Shown one piece after another: positions 27,222-43,819 of a DNA stretch of 64,000 nucleotides; position 1 is the stretch's first letter, and every line of letters begins with the position of its first letter. Both the position numbers and the translations under genes were made by a program. Below the pieces are notes generated by a model. It saw nothing but the letters and a program-made list of their open reading frames with translations. It was not told the DNA's origin and did not search any database. The stretch is from the human T2T-CHM13v2.0 reference genome, Homo sapiens: the NCBI RefSeq assembly GCF_009914755.1, contig NC_060927.1; one strand, written 5' to 3'.

Positions 27222-29045
27222 CAGTCTTTGCAACAAATGGTGCTGGAAAAATTTGACTTCCATATGCAAAACAAACAAATAAAAATAAAGATTAACCCTT
27301 ACCTTGCCCCATGCATACAAATTATTTTAAAATAGACCACAGACCTAATTGTAAATGCTAAAATATTAAACTTACGGCAGAAAACAGGAGAAAATCTTAG
27401 TGACCCTGGGTTAGGTACAGATTTTTTAAATAAGATGCAAAATACAAATCTTAAATTTAAAAAAGTTAAATTGGACATTATAAAAACTTTAATGCTTCTG
27501 CTCTTCAAAATAGAATACTAAATTGGAAAGCCAAGCCAAAAACTAGGACGTAATATTTGCCAAACACATATATGATAAATGATTTGTAGCTAGAATATAT
27601 TAAAACTTTCACAGCTCAATAATAATAAGATAAAAAACTTAATTAAAAGAAATGGCAGGCCAGACATGGCTCACACCTGTAATCTCAGCACCCTGGGAAG
27701 CCAAGGTGGGTGGATTACCTGAGGCCAGGAGTTTGAGACCAGCCTGGCCAACATGGTGAAACCCCATCTCAACACAAAATACAAAAATTAGCTGGGTGTG
27801 GTGGCACACACCAGTAATCCCAGGTACTCAGGAGGCTGAGGCACAAGAATTGCTTGAACCTGGGAAGCAGAGGTTGCAGTGAGCTGGGCTCACACCACTG
27901 CCCTCCACCCTGGGCAACAGAGCAAGACTCTGTTTCAAAAAAAAAAAACTGAAATGAAATAAAGAAATGGACACAGCCTGGACAACATGGCAAAACCCTG
28001 TATCTATGAAAAAAAAACAAAAAACAAAAAACAAAAAACAGAACTAGCTGGGTGTGGTGGTGCATGCCTGTAGTCCTAGCTACCTGGGAGGGTGAAGATA
28101 AGGGATCACCTGAGCCCAGGAGGTCAAGGCTGCAGTGAGCCATTACTGCGTCACTCCAGCCTGGGCGACAGAATGAGACCCTGTCTCAAAAAAGGGAGGG
28201 AAGGAAGGAGGGAAGAAGGGAAGGAAGGAAGGCAAAAGATGCGAATATATATTTCACCAAAGAAGATACATTAATGACAAATAAACATTTGTAAAGATAC
28301 CCAACATCTTTAGTCATTAGGGAAATGCAAATTAAAACCACAGTGAGATACCACTACACACCTACTAGAATAGCTAAAATTTAAAAGACTGACAATACCA
28401 AGTGTTGGTGAGGATATGAAGCAACTGGAATTCTCAAACATTGCTAGTGGGAATGCAAAATGGTGTAACCACTTTGGAAAAAAATGTCAGTTTTTTATAA
28501 AGTCAAATATACACTTATTATACATCCAACAATTCTACTCTTCAGTATTTATCCAAGAGAAATGAAACACATGTCCACAGAAAGACTGTACATGAAAGTT
28601 CATAACCACTTCATTTGTAATAGCTAAAACTAGAAACAACCCAAATGGCCATCAACCAGTGAATGGATAAACAAACTGCATGTGTACATACAATGCAAAA
28701 CTACTCAGCAATAAAATGGAATAAACTAAGTAACATGGAAGAATCTCAAGTGCATTATGCTAAGTGAAGGATGCCAGACACAACAGGCTACATACTGTAT
28801 AATTCCATTAGTAGGACATTCTGGAAAAGGCAAAACTATGGGGCTGGAGAACAGATCCATGGTGCCAGGGGTTAGAATTGTGAGAAGAGAAGGGGGCCCA
28901 AGAGAACTAGCAGTGATGAAAATATTCTTTATCTTGATTAGAGTGGTTGTATATTTTGTCAAAATTCATCAAACCGTACTCTCAAAAAGGGTCAGTTTTA
29001 TTATATGTACATTTTCCATCAGTAAACTTGACTTTAAAAAATAAG
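27222..29045 (+). mobile_element. L1 (L1MB/L1ME-type) ORF2 end and 3' UTR, interrupted by Alus
   Basis: aacaaatggtgctgga ... agggaaatgcaaattaaaaccacagtgagataccactacac ... gaatggataaacaaact; A-rich end ~29040. Confidence 0.85.
27658..28192 (+). mobile_element. AluS (27658-27949) plus 5'-truncated AluJ (27975-28192)
   Basis: First Alu flanked by aaagaaatgg repeats; second lacks the start of its left arm and is followed by a GGAA-rich tail. Confidence 0.88.
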
Positions 29046-31889
29046 AAAAATGTCACATGTATGCACTGACATGGAAGATTGTCAATGGAACACTGTCGAG
29101 TGAAATAAGAAAGTGGCAGTATATCCGACCAAATTTCTGAACAAACAAGCAAATCTCTTTATCAGTTTTTATATGTGCGTAGAGAAAGATCTAGAATGAT
29201 GTACATCCCACAGTATATGGGATAAGAGAAGATAAAAGGAGAATTCCCTTTTCAAGCTTATACATATTTGTATTAAAATTTTTACAATGAGCTTTATTTA
29301 ACTTGTAATTTAAAAACAAAATTCTATTTTTACAAAATCAAGTTAGGGCGGCCTTAGGAGTAAAGAAAACAGCAGAAAGGAAAAAGGCGCCAATCCTGCA
29401 TGCCCGAGGTCCAACAAGTCTTTTGCAGACGTGTTGTGAAGAGCAGAGAGTTATTGATTGGTCCTGGCAGAGAAACAGAGCTCTGAGCCTGGTCTCTCTG
29501 GCCCAGAATGGATGATACTTCAGTTATGCAGAGGTCATAGCCACCTCCCACCAGCAGGCGGGAGGCAAGCCTGGGCAACTGAGAAGCCCCAGGAAAGCCC
29601 CTCCTCACAGCTCACTGTTCCCTGGCAACTTGGTCTTAAATCAAAGCCAGAACTGATGGGGCCTGGGAATGCAAAGCATAGCTTCATCAGAGGGCCAGAA
29701 GAGCTAACGAGTCTGATAAGACCCATTAGACTTATCCAGGCATCTCGCCCATAGTTACATCTCCAGGGCCAGGAGCTTAGATTTCCTCACTTTCAGGGCA
29801 GAGATAGTAGGCTGGCCTTGAGCCATCTGGAGTGCAATCACAACACTAGCGACAGTAATCTTAACCAATACAGTGTTTTTCATACTATGCTGGGGGGTGT
29901 GCTCATTCTGAGATGCATGGTTTTTGAAAAGCAGAGGAGTTCATGGACATTAGGAAACCCTGCCTGTTTTATGTCACTGTTGGAAATTCACAACATTTAT
30001 TGGCATATCAAAAACACTGAGAAGTCCGGCAGTAAAGAAATGCATTGACTTTGCTTTTACCCCAAACATATTTGACCCTCAAACCCATTTTTATTTAATT
30101 CTTATTATTTAGCTCCCCACTTTTCTCTTATCTACATGTTATACACTAAACATGTTACTGGTATGATAAATAATCGTATATAGGGCTTTATTTTGTATGA
30201 AATCCTTATCTTTTTTTCATTCGATAGTCATAAGTGAGGCAGCAAGACTAGAATTATAATTCCCATCTTACAGATGAGAAAACTGAGGCTTATGTGAAGT
30301 TCTGGGGACAGCAGCAGAGGTTCAGGTCATTGGCTGGCTGGAACAATGCCTAGCAAGACTAGATATGAAGCGTGCAGGCTGCTGAATGACACATCGAATC
30401 AGATGTCACCAGTGCTCTAGCCTTTAGGGCTAGACATGTTCTCCATGGAACACCAATCAACCTGTCTTTACCTGAAACCAGACTCAGAAAGGTTGTGAGT
30501 CCAAGAATCATTCAACTCTGAGGATGCAAAACCACATTCTTGGTAGGGAGACAGGACATAAGGGAAGGCCAGGGACTTCCGAGGAGACCCCAAAATGCTT
30601 TATGACAACCCGAGGATTGATGGTTCTTGAACTAAAGCCCATAGGAAGGAAAAACATCCTGAATCCTGAACAAATAAATCCTAACGTTATTTATTTCAAG
30701 AATCATAGGAATAAGTAAGCTCATAATATTTAGTAAGCCACCAAAGGGCGAAACAAATCTGCCTCGCTCTTTCAGGTGGAGCTTGCCCCAGATTTCCCCT
30801 AAGGTGAACCCTGGGAAACTTAGGTGACATTCACTGCGAACTCTCTAGCCAGTTCAAATGCATATTCCTAGTATACTATTTGTACTTAACACAAGCTAAT
30901 TGCAAATTTTTATTTTTATATATTTATTGAAATAATATTACCACCCACAATCCCATCACCTCCCCCAACACCCTCAGCCCATCACCGGCCCCCTACCCCA
31001 ATCCCAGTCCCCAACCACACCACCTTGCCTCCTGGAGAGATGGTTCCTCTTGCATTTGAGGAGATTGGATGGGGTGGGGAGGAAGGCCCACCTAGCAACT
31101 TGATTTGGCCCAAAGCCATTTTCAAAGCTTGGATCTTGTCTCTGCCCAGCTAAAGGTGGAGATCAAGGGCATGTGGCTGTGTTTGGCAAAACCTTTAATA
31201 ACAATAGGCTAATGCTGACCAAGACTGAGAAGTAAAGGGTAAGAAAGGGAACCACTCTTACTGCATATAATTATGCATCCTGCATCCCAGTTATGAGAAG
31301 AGAGAGCTTAGCCAATATGCGCAATAATCAGGCACTGCTAGGGAGTACCGTAGAGTCACCTACTAGCTGAGGCTGGCTGTGTAGGAAATAATCTCCTCAG
31401 AGATGGACAAGAACATACATAGGCACCCACGCTGCTCCAATGAAGCCTTACAATCCCTGTGACAAGGAGGTTCCTCCCATCCTGCAGGTTGTAGTACAAG
31501 TCGCACAAACCTGAGGTCACAGTATGTTCTGTATTTAATCCACTTAAGGCCTTAAAGTGCTTTAAAAATACTCAGCCACAGGGAAAGGGTTATCTCCAAG
31601 GCCAAAATGTAAACATATGCAATCTCAGGTAAGAGGAACAGGTGATTTTTTTTTAAGTACAAGAGAGATTAAAAATTTTCCACCCAGTTATCATGGATTA
31701 TGTGGCAATCTGTTTCCTTATATAAAGAGTTACTAAATGTAACTGTGAAGTTTTAAAACCACAAGAGTGTCCTCAGGAAGTAGATGAACAAGGTTAAACT
31801 AGAGAAGACAGAAACAGAAAAGCAATGATTCAGGAAGGTAAGAGAGAGGTCAGAGAATTCATTCACTCATTATTTTTCTGTTTTCCTGT

Positions 31890-32194
31890 TATTTATTTAT
31901 TTATTTATTTTGGAGACAGAGTCTCACTTTGCCACCCAGGCTGGAGTGCAGTGGCACAATCTCAACTCACTGCAACCTCTGCCTCCCATGTTCAAGACAT
32001 TCTTGTGCCTCACTTTCCGAGTAGCTGGGATTACAAATGTGCACCTCCATGCCCGGCACATTTTTTTGTGTATTTAGGAGAGACGGGGTTTCACCATGTT
32101 GGCCAGCTGGTACTGAACTCCTGGCCTCATGTGATCCACCTGCCTCGGCTTCCCAAAGTGCTGGGATTATAGGCGTGAGCCACCGTGCCTGGCC
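31890..32194 (-). mobile_element. Alu (S/J)
   Basis: (TTTA)n tail; full dimer. Confidence 0.92.
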
Positions 32195-32199
32195 CATTA

Positions 32200-32885
32200 T
32201 TTTTTCATTCAATAAATATTTACTGTGTTCCTATCACAACACAGGCCAAGATCTACAAGCTGTAGATTCAGCATGCACAGAGTGTACAAAAGTCCCTGCC
32301 CTTGGGAACTTACATTCTAAGGAGGTCTCAAGACAGAAGCACACTGGTGTTCAGTGTAATGTAGAATAATGGAGAGAAATAATTGATCATGGAGAGCCTC
32401 CCTGAGGAGGTGACATCGGAGCAGAGACCTGAGAAAACGAGCCATGCAGATATCTGGGAGGAAAGCATTCTAAGGCATCAGGTGCAAACATCCTAAGGCA
32501 CCAACAAGCTTGGTTTTTCCAGGAGGAGCAGAATGGAGTTACACGTGGCTCGAGCAGAGTAAGCAAGAGGGAGAGTGAAGGAAATAGGATCCAAGAAGCC
32601 ACTGGGGTCAGGTCATGTGGCATTTGTAGGCCACGCATGGAGTTTGGACTTTGTTTTAAGATGGAAGTCAGTGGAGGGTTTTGAACAGGAGTGGCAGCTC
32701 TGATTTGTGTTGTAACAGGATCACCCCTGGCTTCACCACAGTAGATTGTAGGGGGAAGTAGGAGGCCTAACAGGAGGACACTGAAGGTGGAGATGATGGT
32801 TGGTTTTCCAAGAAGTGACAATGGAGGTGGTGAGTAATGATCAGATTGGATAGATATTTAAGGTCGTGTAGCAGATTGTATTTTC
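32200..32885 (-). mobile_element. L2 LINE fragment
   Basis: cattcaataaatatttactg ... gaggaggtgacatcggagcagagacctga ... gagggttttgaacagg. Confidence 0.75.
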
Positions 32886-34905
32886 CAAAGTCTGCAGCGC
32901 CACCAAATACCCCACCCTCCCCTGTCTTCTTCTGATGGAATGTTGTTGCTTCTCCTTGAGAGGTGGTGTGTGTTTTCCTTCTCTGAACCCTGGCTCCTTC
33001 CCCTCCCAATTCTCTGCACCTCTATTGTTTTCCAGGTCACACTCACCCCAACCTGACACCTCCTTCTCCCCAGCCTCCAGGCCTTTATTAAAGTTACCAG
33101 AACACAGAAAGGGCTTGCAGTGAGCAGCCTTCTCACAGACACAGGTGCAGGTGCCAGGCTTGGCTTCTAGGCTAGCGTACGACAACACAGGGATGGGACG
33201 GGGAGAAAAGTCTTTCCTGAGACGCTGCAGAAATCTGGAGAGGACTTAGCGTGATCAGAGCTATGGAACTGGGGTCAGTGGTGATCTGGGAGGCTTGACT
33301 GCCATCTGAGTTACAGGAATTTGGAAGGAGGAGTGCCAGAGTCGATGAGGAAGGTAAGAGATGAACTTTAATTGTAGTTCTCTGGGAAGTATTCACGGAA
33401 TAGTCATTTCTGACCTTAAGGGATGAAAATACCAACTACAACCACCAATCATTAAATACCTATGATATTCCTACAGATGTGATTTCTTGGAAGCCTCTAG
33501 GCTTTTGAGCTAACTCTATGAGATGGGTATTACTCTCTCTATGGATAGAGGTTGACAAAGGTAGCTTAGGTAATCTGCTCAAGGCCACAGAGCTAGAACA
33601 CAAAGCTGGCCCACATACCTCAAAGCCTGTATTCTTTACACCACACTACCCAGCTCCAGGACCAGACACAGTAGGGAAATGGGGAGACAGGTGAGTGAAC
33701 TGCCCCACCCCAGGGCACAGTGTGGGCATGATCATGGCCCTTTTGGGGGCAGTGGCAGGGCCTCTTGGCTGGGAGCCCTTGAAGAGAAATAGAATGAGGT
33801 ATGCTTGGATGATAGACTGCTGACAGATTCTGGTGGCTCAGCATAGCAGAAGACCACTTCCAAATTTGGACGGCTGGACAGTGGGGGAACATTTTATTTG
33901 GGCTTATTGCACTCCAGCTCCTGCTCCTGCTGGGAACTGCTAGCAAGGACAGCTTGCCCTGTGTTTTCCCTGGCCTGACATCCTATTCCAGAATCCCTGC
34001 ACTTTCTCCACCTGGAAAGCCTCCTGTCCCCATCCCTTCATGTCCAAATCCTCCCAGCTCTCCCAAATTTAAATGTTTCCCCCTCAACAAAGCCTTTGCC
34101 AGGAGAAATGTGTTCCCTCTGGGAACTTGCCTAGTTCATGCTCTGCTTTTCTTCCTTGGCACTCCTTGGGCAGCGGGCTTGAGGGCAAGAGCACCATGGT
34201 TTAAAGCAGACAGTACCTGTTTTGATACCTGGCTCTGCCACTCATTAGCTAGGAAACTCTTCAGAGTTCCTCTGAAGGAATCCTTCTGGGGTTTCGATAA
34301 AGTGTCAGAGATTACTGCTGAGGCTCCTTGGACAACGACTATCCAGATCTCAGGACTCAGCCCTCCTCCCTCCTTCCTTCAGGACCCCTAACTAGGGAAG
34401 CTCCATGTAAGCCTTAGCAGCCAAATGGAAATGGGAGGTCACCTTTTAATAATAGTGGTAACAACCAAACAGGTTCTGCTAAAGTTGGAGAATGTGGGTT
34501 AGGCCTGGAGACCACAGAGAATTGCCTGCTTCCTCCCCATGGAATCTAAGATGGCCAGCTCCTCTTTGGGCTCCTGTCTGCCTCCCCTCCAGGGATAGGG
34601 AGGAGAGAGGTGGCACACAGAGTCCAGATCTGGGTAAGCAGCTGCTAGGAAGCCTCCTGACCATAAGCATGAGACAAAGGTAGCCCATGCCACGGTGCTG
34701 ATCATTATGGTGGGGTGACACCCACCCATGAGTAAAATGACCCAAAGAGTGTCCTTGGTTCTGATCAATCTAACTGATAACTCCTTTTTTTTCTTGTAGG
34801 GCATGGGAGCATGGACTTAGATGGTGGTAGCCCAGGCAGAAATGTGGGGAAAGGCGTCTCCTCTTCAACAGTATGGATTAGACACACAGCATCTAAAATA
34901 CCTTA

Positions 34906-35212
<307 letters not shown>

Positions 35213-35343
35213 TTATAGAATGTCTTGCCATGTGGCAGGAGTGATCTAAACTATTCCAAAATATGAATATTGAGGTTTGCGTGTATGTATATGTGTAAAT
35301 GTAAATGAAGCTCTAGTCTGTTCTTTCAACCTTGCAATATAAT

Positions 35344-35700
35344 TGTCTTGGTCTGTTTGGGATGCTATAACAGAATATCTTTCCCTGGGTGGCTTATAAA
35401 CAACAGAGATTTATTTATCACAGCTCTGGGAAGTCCAAGATCAAGGTGGTGGCAGATTTGGTGTCTGGAGAAAGCTCATTTCTTGGTTCATAGATGGCAG
35501 TCTTCTCTCTGTGTCCTCAACATGGCAGAAACAAGGGGTCTCTCTGAGACTTCTTTTTTAAAGGCACTCATCCCATTCATAAAGGCTCTAAACTCATGAC
35601 TTAATCGCGTCCCAAAGGCCCTATCTCCTAATACCATCACTTGGGGATTAAGTTTCAACATATGAATTTGGGGGGGAACACAAATGTTTGGTCTATAGCC
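35344..35700 (-). mobile_element. MLT1A/MST-type MaLR LTR
   Basis: tgtcttggtctgtttgggatgctataacagaat ... tttcaacatatgaatttggggggaacacaaat. Confidence 0.8.
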
Positions 35701-35913
35701 GTAATTATTTAGGTATGTGCTTTATTTCTCTAAGTAGATTATTAATTCTTGAGCACAAGGCCCTTGCTGCTTTATCTCTTTATTCCTCCAGGTGCCAAAT
35801 CTGATTCACAGAAGGCATTCAATAGTGTTGAATGAATTAATGAGTTGATTTGCATGACGCATGCAAGTTAGACAAACTACACTGCATATATCTAGAACCT
35901 TAAAAGTAATTCA

Positions 35914-36243
<330 letters not shown>

Positions 36244-36641
36244 TCAGAACAGATGTGGTTCTTGCCAAGAGAATCATGGGTTTGCAGCCCCACGGGCCTT
36301 TGCTTTAAATGGAATGACACATGGAAGGCACCTTGCACAAGTCTGGCCCAGGAATGTGAGGTTCCAGGGCCCTCTGTGTGAGCCGGCAGCTGGGTGAGTG
36401 CCTTGATGCCCACCTGCCTCCCCCAGTCTCTCTCCACAATATGCCAGACATCTCCCATATCAGGGATGTCACCTAGCCTGGGACAAAAGAACCAGCTCTC
36501 CTCAGCTCTGGCTTCAGGAAGTGCCAGGTCATTGATCCTTGAAAAAAATAGTCTTCAGATGGGAAGATGCTGACATGATGACATAACCTCAATGACAGCC
36601 TGTGATTCTCCACACACTGCCTGGAAAATGCATTAGCCAAG

Positions 36642-37362
<721 letters not shown>

Positions 37363-38974
37363 CCCAGCTTAACTGGTTTCAGCTGTGGAAGAAAGCACAC
37401 ATCTCTGGGGTCAGAAGGACCTGAATTTAAGTCCATTTATTTCCCAGCTATATGATCATGGGCAAGTTGTTAAACCTGTCTGAGTTTTTGCTTCCTCATT
37501 TGCAAACTGGAGTTCCTGGGTTTGTGAGAATCAAAGGAATGGTCATGTGGAAAGTTTCCCCCTTAGCCCACTATGGGAATGTTTGGACTCGAATACACAT
37601 GGCAACTTGCTGATGGAGCCCTGGGGAAGAGAGGGGAGGAGGGAGGAGTGCTCATGGCTCCCTTTAGCCCTGCCCTAGCCTAAGGAGAAAGAAGGCCGCT
37701 ATGGAGCAGATGCATTAAGGACATCTTCCCTACTCCTGTGCTGGTGGGGGGCGTCACTGTGCCAGGCACAGGAAATGGATCAGGTTTTAGGCTACCTATT
37801 ATCAGGCACATAGAGACAGCCAGTACCTCTCTTTAGGTAGAGACCTCCCTTGCTATTTGAATTGAATGAGAAGTTTTGATATAGACACGGCTGGACTTTC
37901 TAACGCTTGAAAATGAGATATCTGGTTAATAGCTGAAACGAACAGCGAAAGCTATGATTCCTGCTTAAACTATAACCCAAAATCTGGGAAAGGGAGATGT
38001 GATAAAGCTCTTTTAAGAGCCCCAAACTTTCAATAAACTAGTTATCAGTACTTCTTATTTCTTGTCTCATTGGTATCTTATATCCCTAATCCTTCTTCAA
38101 AGCACCAAAAATTCAGATCTTCCAACTTTTGCCACAATACAAGGGTCAAGCCAAAGCACTCTCCTAATTGAGTTATCCCCTTTGAATAAAATCTTACATC
38201 TCACTTGATTTTTACCATTTGTCCCACAAAAAATCCCAAACCTCTTATAAAGTGATCTTTAAAAAGCATGTTAAAATGTAATACAGACTGAAACTGAGGG
38301 CTCCAGTGCAAGTGTGGGTGGGGAGAGGCAGCAGAGGGTGGAGACAGGCAATATGAGTCAGGCTGCAGGAGGATGCAATGAGCTCAGTCTCTGCAGTTAC
38401 CTGAAGAGTTAGCTGGGGCTGGAGGATTTCAGAAACCTGGACTTCTTTATAGGGCTTCATGACTGTCTTCAGGACATGTCAAATGGCTTACCCAAGAGCA
38501 AGCGATCCAAGAGGAATATAAAGGAAAATGCCTCCAGGCGTCCAGGCCACACTCAAGGAGAGAATTAAGCTTCACCACTTGAAGGAAGGAGTACCAATGA
38601 ATCTGTAGACATATTTCAAAACCATCACTTTCTCCCATTCATCTGCTTTTCTTGAGTCAAACTTGTGTACACCAAGGTTCTCCTTCCTTAGAGTGACTTC
38701 CTTCTCATAAGGCTCCCTAGTTCGTTATGCAAATGAATCCTAGCATCCTCTCTGCCAGCTCCCCGAATTTGTAGGGGCACACAGTCTTTATCCTAGCCCA
38801 GCACACTTGCTTTTGTATGCCATCGTGGCCCAGAACAAACTTACACCGAAACTCCACTTCCCTATCCTTTTGACCATCCTGTGCCTCAGGAATGAGGCCA
38901 AACATCCATGTACACCTGCATAGAAGAAAAATGGGCCAATTTTTCTTCTTAGACACCTACAACTAAAAACATAT

Positions 38975-39165
38975 CACCCAGTGGGTAAGCAGAGAGGTCA
39001 AATCTTAGCATGCATCAGGTCACTCAGAGAATGTTTTAAAACAAAGATTTTCAAGTTTCTAACTCAGAAAGTCTTGGGAGTTGGGTGCGGATTTCCATTT
39101 CTTATGTTTCCAGATGATGCTCCTGCTGCTCGTCCATGGGCCACACTGCGAGAATCACTGGTATA
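38975..39165. mobile_element. MER5-like DNA transposon
   Basis: tgcatcaggtcac ... ccagatgatgctcctgctgct...ccacactgcgagaatcactg. Confidence 0.6.
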
Positions 39166-40025
39166 AGGGTTAATTGAGTGAAATGAATGCACCTACAGTG
39201 ATTGAATTATTGGGGCACATTTATCCAGGTGGCCATTTTCAGCAGGGTAATTTGGACAAACTTACAACTTCCCTGGAATATTATGTTTTGTGGCTATGTT
39301 CTTCTGGTCTCTTATCTCCTTCCTATGTTCTTCCCCTTCCATTAAATATATCCACCCTAAAAGCATATATAACCTATTTTTTCTTTTAGATTTTTGTTTA
39401 TAACTGCCTTTCACTTTATTGGTACACAAATTCTGAGAACTGACGCCTTGGAGGAAGCCCTGTGGTTTGCAAATTCAAAAACACATTTTGAATTGAGGCC
39501 AACTTAAAAGCATATCTCATTACTTTTTTTTGGATTTTCTTACGTGCTCCAACTTTCCATTACATTTCTCCCCTTTCCTATCAGTTTGAATCTGCAAAGT
39601 ACTTGACTTAGGAACTTCACAAACTCAAAGCAACTAACAAATGGTAGCATCTAATATGCAAATGACCTTCTAAAGTAATTTTCTGTTTTTATTCTGCTCT
39701 ATTTCAGTCAGTCTGGGAGATTTCTGGAAAGAGCCTGTTCTAAAAGCATTTCCATTTATATTAGTAACTGGCTCCATAAATAGCCAATTTGTTTTACTTT
39801 TCTCTGGATCATTCTCAACCCTATTTGTTCCAGTTGAGTCAAATTGTCAAAGAAAGCTGAATGGTTTATATTCCTGATGTACAATTTTTAACATATTTGC
39901 AAGAAAAGGAAAAAGAAAACTACACCAGCATATAACATTGTTTTTATTGATAACCTCTCTCTCCAGCCAGCTAGTAATCTATTTCTATTAAAAATGGAGT
40001 CTGGCTTTTAAAAATAATGAATGCT

Positions 40026-40326
40026 GGCAGGGTGCAGTGGCTTATGCCTGTAATCCCAATACTTTGGGAGGCTGAGGTGGGTGGATTGTTTGGGGCCAGG
40101 AGTTCAAGACCAGCCTGGCCAAATGGCAAAACCCCATCTCTACTAAAAACACAAAAATCAGATGGGTGTGGTGGTGCACATCTGTAGTCCCAGCTACTCA
40201 GGAGGCTTAGGCAGAAGAATCACTTGAACCCAGGAGGTGGAGACTGCAGTGAGCTGATCATGCTACTGCACTCCAGCCTGGACAACAGAGCAAGACTCTG
40301 TCTCAATAATAATAATAATAAATAAT
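40026..40326 (+). mobile_element. Alu (S/J) with (AAT)n tail
   Basis: Full dimer; TSD ataatgaatgctg; followed by an L1MC/MD 3' end fragment to ~40455. Confidence 0.92.
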
Positions 40327-42372
40327 GAATGCTGTTGATAGTGGGGAAGGCTATGCCTGTATGGAAACCAGAGGTGTATGAGATATCTCTGTACCTTCCT
40401 CTCAATTTTGCTGTGAACTTAAAACTGCTCTTTAAAAAATAAAGTCTTTTAAAACATGAATGTAAAGTGTTTATTGCATAATGACTTAATGGCAGGATGA
40501 AGATATATTAAAATATCCATTGGGAAGAAATTTTCAAAGATCCCAATACCAAAGTCTTTGGTGAGCACTTTCATCCCACTGGCTGGAACTCATCAAAGCT
40601 CCCTCCTGTTGTGTTGAGTTCCGTGTTGCCACGACTCTGAGGAGGAGATTCAGATGCACACCTCATGCACACTGCCACGTTATTGTTGCTTAGGTGCTAG
40701 ATGTCTCCCCTAAGTGGTCACTGTTCAGCGCCCTGAAGCCTGTGTCCCTGGAGAAGCCCACCTCACATCTCCTACAATTTGAGGAGCACCATCTCCCCTG
40801 CTTTCTCTTATTTATCAATCTCACTGAATCAAATCTCAGCCAATAGTTTGTCTGGTCGCCCCTTTAGCTGTTCTGTGGGAACTGTGTCTAGTGTCTTTTC
40901 TCAGATGAGCAATCTAGAGGCTCACATCTTGCTACACACAAGGTTAGCAAAGTGCATGGCACACAACGGTGACTCAGTAGAAGCTGAATGATATAAAAGA
41001 GTTATGATCTATCTCTTTACCACTTTATCACTGCTCCTCCTTGTACTTTGACATTGCTTGTTCTTTAGGTAATCCTCAGTTTTGTCACCTAAATATTAAG
41101 CCCAGAATTTTGCAAGAAGATCAAAATGGAAAAAATTCAAAAGTTCTCAACTTAAAAACACAGCCCCATTTATTCTCTTTTGAATCTTTTCTCTTTTAAA
41201 ATTGCACTCTTCAAGATAAAACCACACCATATGCGACCCTGAAAAAGCCACTTAATTTCCCTGAGCCTCTTTCCTTACCTGGGGAATAATACCACTCCCT
41301 CCAAAAGGTTTCTGTGAAGAATGAAATAAAATTATGTGTATGAACCCTCCTAAGAGTTATGTAAACTTGATTATCATTATTCCCTCAAATCTAGATCAAA
41401 ACAATACCAGTAAGCAACATTGACAGTTACCTAAAACAGAACATTAGCCATTTTCTCTTCCATGTTTTCTTATTATTTTCCTGAAGTCCTCCATTCCTTG
41501 GGTCATCTCAGGGAGTGGATGGGTCAGCCAAGTCTGGGGAATCCCTGAACAGAAGAGACCATTGCCTGACTTTCCAGAGTGTGGACCCCAAGGAGAAGCC
41601 CATGCCCAACATGGCATCCAGTGGCAGCATTCCAGCGTCTGAGGGAGAAGTCCAGGCAGATGGGCCTGAGAGACCTGCAGAGATCTGTACATCCCAGCAT
41701 AGCATGAGGAATGATGCCAGAAACTTCCCATGTCCCCATGGGAAGGGGCTGAGCAGATGGCAAACTGGAAAAGTCCTGTTTGCAAAGAGTAGATCCATTA
41801 GCAAATTAGAAGTGGAGCCTCAGGATGGGAACTCCATGAGGAGAGGGGACAATTATAGTAGCTGGTCTCCAAAGATGGCCCCCAGTCAACCACACCTCCC
41901 AGGGGTCACATTCCTGTGTAGTCCCCTCCCACACTGAACCTCACTTGGTCCTGTCATTTGCTGTAACCATTAGAATGCAGCAGAAGTGATACTGTGCCAG
42001 TTCCAGGCCTGGCAGCTTTTACTTTTGCCCTCATGAGAAAAACCAGGTACCCTTCTGGAGAGAGACCACATGGAGGAGTACCAAGGGGCCACAGTTGTCC
42101 TGGACCAATCAGCTTAAGGCTGTCAGAAACAAATAAGAAGTCTAACAAAATCAGGTTTATTCATCCATTGCAATGAGGGAGACAGCAGCCCAGAGGAACC
42201 GTGGGGCAGCTCACCAAACAAATGTAAAGTAGAGTTAGTACAGGATTTAGGGAAAAGGTGGAATTTAAATGAAGTAGATTTTTTTCTGCTTGTTTTTGAA
42301 CTGAAAAATTGTTCTATAAATTGAAGTCATCAAGGAAACTCAAAAGTGACATTAAGAGTCAAACAATTTTCA

Positions 42373-42930
<558 letters not shown>

Positions 42931-43408
42931 TTAATGTCTGTCATTTTAACAAATTGAGATGCCATATTCCACAGACCATAAATTCACGTAAGTCACCATT
43001 TTAGACTATACAATTCACTGATTTTTAGTATTGAATCTGAGTGTTGATGGTCTCAAAGCAAAGCAGGCTCTGTGTAAAGGTTTCAACATCAGGTCTGGAC
43101 TATGACGGAAATGCCAAGGTCCTCCTGCTTCCTTGTATGTTAGAAAGCTATGGCAGATGTAGAATGTTGTGTCCAGAAAACCCTCTGCATCTGAGTTGCA
43201 AATTAAAACTGTTTCTCTGTGCCAAAGTGACTTAGCTCCTCCAGGCACGGAGTATGTCATTCTTACTTATAAAAGTTTCTAATAATCTATGATTTTAGAA
43301 AACAAAGCTTCTCACTGAATAAGAAAGGCAGCTGTTAGCCACTTATAGCTGCAGTGTGCCTCGGGATGAAAAATTTCCTCCTGTTAACTTCACATCTGGC
43401 TTTATCCA

Positions 43409-43819
43409 TGTATTAGTCCATTCTCACACTGCTATAAAGAAATACCTGAGACTGGGTAATATATAAAGAAAAAAGGTTTAATTGGCTAGTGGTTCTGTAG
43501 GCTGTAGAGGAAGCATGGATGCTGCCATCTTCCTGGCTTCTGGGAAGGCCTAAGGAAACCTATTACGGTGAAGGGGAAGTAGACGTGTCTTACGTGGCCA
43601 GAGCAGGAGGAAGAGAGAGTGGGGGCACCACACACTTTTAAACAACCAGATTTCACGATAATTCACTCACTCACCATCATGTGAACAGCACCAAGGGGAT
43701 GGTGCTAATCCATTTATGAGAACTCTGCCCCAATGAGCCAATCACCTCCCACCATCTGCACCATGGGAGATTACAATTCGACATGAGATTTGGTGGAGAC
43801 ACAGATTCAAATCATGTCA
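43409..43819 (-). mobile_element. MSTA/MSTB MaLR LTR
   Basis: tgtattagtccattctcacactgctataaagaaatacctgagactgggtaat ... gagatttggtggagacacagattcaaatcatgtca. Confidence 0.85.

Noticed and set aside
41515-41937. 140-aa ORF
   Set aside because: Non-ATG start, no recognisable homology, and it runs into an MLT1-like LTR fragment.
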